Positions 58,150 through 61,113 of a DNA stretch of 61,113 nucleotides are shown in pieces. The DNA is taken from contig JALWJX010000037.1 of the NCBI GenBank assembly GCA_026996895.1, forward strand, positions 1 to 61,113, written 5' to 3'. How positions within the stretch are numbered: position 1 is the first letter of the stretch; each line of letters begins with the position of its first letter. The DNA comes from Candidatus Kapaibacterium sp. GTDB lineage: Bacteria > Bacteroidota > Ignavibacteria > Kapaibacteriales > WFXC01. Under the pieces are notes generated by a model. That model did not search any database. It was not told the DNA's origin and saw nothing but the letters and a program-made list of their open reading frames with translations. A program made the position numbers and the translations under genes.

Positions 58150-59282
58150 GCTACTTTTTTACCTCAGAATCTGTCTCGGAAGGACACCCGGATAAAATTT
58201 GCGATCAAATCTCCGATGCCGTGCTGGACGCTGCTCTGGAACAGGACCCCAACGCCCGTGTTGCGTGCGAATGCTTTGCAACGACCGGAATGGTATTGAT
58301 CGGAGGCGAGATCAGCACTTCTGCCAACCTGAACATCGGCGAAATTGCTCGATCGGTGATTCACGACATTGGCTATACCGACCCTTCACTGGGATTTGAT
58401 TACCAAACCTGCACCGTCATCAATGTCGTCAACCGGCAATCGCCAGATATTGCACTCGGGGTTGACCGCGGCGGCGCCGGTGATCAGGGAATGATGTTCG
58501 GCTATGCCTGTCAGGAAACCGAAGAACTGATGCCGGCTGCCATTATGTTCGCCCACAAAATTATGCAGCGATTAGCAGCAATTCGCAAGTCTGACAATCC
58601 AGTGCTGCCATATCTACGTCCCGATGCAAAGGCACAGGTAACGCTCCAATACAGTGATGACGGAACCATTGAACGAGTCGATACCGTTGTGGTCTCAACG
58701 CAGCACGCACCGGAGGTTTCTCAGGAACAGATTCGGAACGATGTGATTGAACACGTCATTCGAACAGTAATCCCGGAATCCTTGCTGGATGAGCAGACGC
58801 GATACTTCATTAACCCGACAGGCAAATTTGTCATCGGCGGTCCCCAGGGAGACACCGGTTTGACGGGACGGAAAATTATCGTCGACACCTACGGTGGCAA
58901 AGCGCCGCACGGCGGCGGTGCGTTCTCCGGCAAAGATCCCACGAAAGTTGACCGGTCAGCTGCGTACGCAGCGCGCCACCTTGCGAAAAACATCGTTGCT
59001 GCTGGATTAGCAACCGAATGTTTAATCCAGATCGCCTACGCTATCGGCGTTGCTGAACCGGTCTCCATCTTCGTGGATACCTACAGTACCGGAGCAATTC
59101 CCGACAAGGACATTGCTGCATTCATTCAAGCAAATATCGATCTGACACCCAGGGGAATCATCGAACGCCTCCATTTACGTCAGCCACTCTACCGATCCAC
59201 GGCTGTCTATGGTCATTTCGGCAAACCTGACCTCCCGTGGGAACAACTCGATCTGGTGGATCTCTTCCGATCATTGCTCTAA
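58146..59282 (+). CDS. metK: S-adenosylmethionine synthase
   Basis: [37 protein letters not shown] and [23 protein letters not shown] overlap with the upstream gene. Confidence 0.97.
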   Translation: MSYFFTSESVSEGHPDKICDQISDAVLDAALEQDPNARVACECFATTGMVLIGGEISTSANLNIGEIARSVIHDIGYTDPSLGFDYQTCTVINVVNRQSPDIALGVDRGGAGDQGMMFGYACQETEELMPAAIMFAHKIMQRLAAIRKSDNPVLPYLRPDAKAQVTLQYSDDGTIERVDTVVVSTQHAPEVSQEQIRNDVIEHVIRTVIPESLLDEQTRYFINPTGKFVIGGPQGDTGLTGRKIIVDTYGGKAPHGGGAFSGKDPTKVDRSAAYAARHLAKNIVAAGLATECLIQIAYAIGVAEPVSIFVDTYSTGAIPDKDIAAFIQANIDLTPRGIIERLHLRQPLYRSTAVYGHFGKPDLPWEQLDLVDLFRSLL

Positions 59283-59316
59283 CCCCATACAAATGTCAAA
59301 CAAACGGACAGGATGA

Positions 59317-60714
59317 ATGGCAAAGCAGAAACGGAAACAGCAGCAGAAACAAGCGCGTGGGAAGAATACTTCCAAACAAAGCATCCGGATCCGCCCGGCA
59401 AAGTTCACGCCGCCACCACCCAAAGAAAAAGGCAAGCTGGACTACAAACCCGGAAAGTATTGCGTGCGAGACCTTTCTCTGGCGAAGGAAGGACGCAAAC
59501 TCATTGAATGGGCGGAATCCCACATGCCCGTTTTGATGGAGCTGCGGGAACGCTACCGGAAAACCAAGCCTTTGCAAGGATACACGATTGCAGGATGCCT
59601 CCACGTGACAAAGGAAACGGCGGTTCTGGTCCGCACCTTTGTTGCCGCCGGTGCGAAAGTTGCGTGGTCCGGCTGTAATCCGCTATCCACCAACGACGCA
59701 GTAGCAGCCGCTTTAGCCGCCGAAGGTATCCCTATCTTCGCCTGGCACGGGAATCACAAAGATTTCTACTGGTGCATCGAACGGACGCTGGATTTTCATC
59801 CCAATCTGACCCTTGATGATGGCGCTGATTTGATCAACACACTGCACGAACATTATCCCCAATACGCTGCTGAAGCAGTGATTGGTGGGACAGAAGAAAC
59901 CACAACGGGGATCAAGCGGCTACGCGCTCGCGCCGATGCTGGCGAACTGCTCTTTCCCGTCATCGCTGTCAATGACGCGGAAACCAAATGGGACTTCGAC
60001 AATGTTTACGGCACCGGTCAATCCACGATCGATGGGATTCTACGGGCAACGTCGGTGATGTTAGCAGGAAAAAATTTCGTCGTAGCGGGATTTGGCCATT
60101 GCGGTCGCGGCGTTGCTATCCGCGCCCGTGGAATGGGAGCAAACGTCATCGTTACAGAAGTCAAAGCAACCGCAGCGCTCAAAGCGTTGCTGGAAGGATT
60201 TCGAGTGCTACCAATGGACGAAGCAGCAAAAATCGGCGACATTTTCTGCACTGCTACCGGTGTCAACAATGTGATTCGCAAACGACACTTCCAGTCAATG
60301 AAAGATGGTGCGATTGTCTGCAACACGGGCCACTATGATGTGGAAATCAACCTGGTAGAGCTGAAACAACTCACGAAGTCGAAACGACAGATCCGTCCCA
60401 ATTGCGAAGAGTACCGCCTCAAAAACGGGAAAAAGATTTACGTGCTGGCAGAAGGGCGACTGGTCAATCTGGCGGCTGCTGAAGGACATCCGTCCGAAGT
60501 GATGGATATGTCCTTTGCCAACCAGTTTATGTCGCAAATCCGCCTGGTCGAACTGGACAAACAGGGCAAGCGGCTACCGCCGGAAGTGATCTCTATTCCG
60601 CCGGAGCAGGATGAATTCATTGCCCAGACCAAACTTCAAACGATGGGTGTCCGAATCGACAAACTCACCCGCGACCAGCAACGCTACATCCACGACTATC
60701 TGGCGGGTACGTAA
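59317..60714 (+). CDS. ahcY: Adenosylhomocysteinase with a ~40-aa Lys/Gln-rich N-terminal extension
   Basis: DYKPGKYCVRDLSLAKEGRKLIEWAESHMPVLM onward is canonical AhcY (GCLHVTKETAVL, GFGHCGRGVA NAD site). ATG 59317 has AGGA 5 nt upstream, and there is no in-frame alternative start before the conserved core. Confidence 0.93.
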   Translation: MAKQKRKQQQKQARGKNTSKQSIRIRPAKFTPPPPKEKGKLDYKPGKYCVRDLSLAKEGRKLIEWAESHMPVLMELRERYRKTKPLQGYTIAGCLHVTKETAVLVRTFVAAGAKVAWSGCNPLSTNDAVAAALAAEGIPIFAWHGNHKDFYWCIERTLDFHPNLTLDDGADLINTLHEHYPQYAAEAVIGGTEETTTGIKRLRARADAGELLFPVIAVNDAETKWDFDNVYGTGQSTIDGILRATSVMLAGKNFVVAGFGHCGRGVAIRARGMGANVIVTEVKATAALKALLEGFRVLPMDEAAKIGDIFCTATGVNNVIRKRHFQSMKDGAIVCNTGHYDVEINLVELKQLTKSKRQIRPNCEEYRLKNGKKIYVLAEGRLVNLAAAEGHPSEVMDMSFANQFMSQIRLVELDKQGKRLPPEVISIPPEQDEFIAQTKLQTMGVRIDKLTRDQQRYIHDYLAGT

Positions 60715-60761
60715 AGCTTGCCGGATTTCCACAGAGAATGCACACCGAAGTGCGAGGGTAG

Positions 60762-60782
60762 GGGCGCAGCGCCGCTGCGCCC
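60762..60782. terminator. GC-rich hairpin (9-bp stem GGGCGCAGC/GCTGCGCCC, 3-nt loop) between convergent genes
   Basis: Perfect inverted repeat 48 nt after the ahcY stop. There is no long U-tract on either side, so it is terminator-like only. Confidence 0.4.
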
Positions 60783-60890
60783 TTCCAGGGACATAGAATT
60801 CGGAGCAATGTCGGATGTCCCACTGGAAGCGCCGACTTTAGCCGGCATTAAAATTCCCGCTCCCTCTGGAAGACAGCTCTGACGAACCTC

Positions 60891-61113
60891 CTACGGCACC
60901 TGCGTCACCCAAAACGCGTTGTTCCGAATCATCGTTCGATCCGACGCATTCACCGCCCCATCCAGCGTTACGTCATTGCTGTCATACCCAACATTGAATA
61001 ACGCATTCCGACTCTTTACCCGATCCCTCGCATTGATAATCCCATCCCCATCTACATCCCCTCCCACCATCACCGCTACCAATCCCACCTGCTTCTGCCC
61101 TGCCCGATACTGC
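60891..61113 (-). CDS. C-terminal end of a larger secreted protein carrying dockerin-type / EF-hand-like Ca-binding repeats (5' part outside the window)
   Basis: GDVDGDGIINARD...NDVTLDGAVNASD is a duplicated DxDxDGxIxxxD-like dockerin motif. The frame is open upstream to the window edge (..QYRAGQKQVGLVAV..), so the track's GTG start is probably internal. Confidence 0.6.
   Translation of the reverse strand, partial: QYRAGQKQVGLVAVMVGGDVDGDGIINARDRVKSRNALFNVGYDSNDVTLDGAVNASDRTMIRNNAFWVTQVP

Overview
This is a 61.1-kb, densely coded bacterial chromosome segment with about 50 protein genes and one tRNA. There is no rRNA, CRISPR array, transposase, integrase or recognisable known defence system. 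All calls come from reading the sequence and ORF track and from remembered family motifs; no searches were run.

Gene content is mostly housekeeping:
- Replication and repair: dnaE, rarA, uvrA, comEC.
- Central metabolism and cofactors: glmS, fbaB, fumC, speA, ltaE, purN, purS/purQ, metK, ahcY.
- Translation and tRNA modification: trpS, tsaC.
- Envelope and secretion: lgt, pssA, sppA, tatA, msrA.
- Regulation: rpoN, plus an ECF sigma/anti-sigma pair.

Several features point to a Bacteroidota/Ignavibacteriota/Chlorobiota-like (FCB) organism, but this is inference only. They include DUF3098 and DUF3109 genes, PD40-OmpA proteins, an MBL-less ComEC, and a recurring TAnnTTTG box 20-50 nt upstream of start codons.

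One large gene at the left edge (1..2350, minus strand) is missing from the ORF track because it has no stop codon inside the window.

The items most worth follow-up are:
1. A lipoprotein / single-domain KaiC-like ATPase / HTH partner trio at 30693..33133.
2. A coiled-coil plus PD-(D/E)xK-like protein whose coiled coil is encoded by near-perfect 21/42-bp in-frame tandem repeats (38712..39533).
3. A roughly 0.9-kb strand-asymmetric region with no convincing gene, lying between two divergent promoters (56196..57080).
4. A full-consensus sigma-54 -24/-12 element abutting the start codon of the operon that contains rpoN itself (27423..27438).
5. A cation/proton antiporter fused to a DUF389 domain and an unknown C-terminal domain (24168..27263).

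I did not find a clear-cut novel multi-gene system. The window reads as core genome with a few small accessory insertions.
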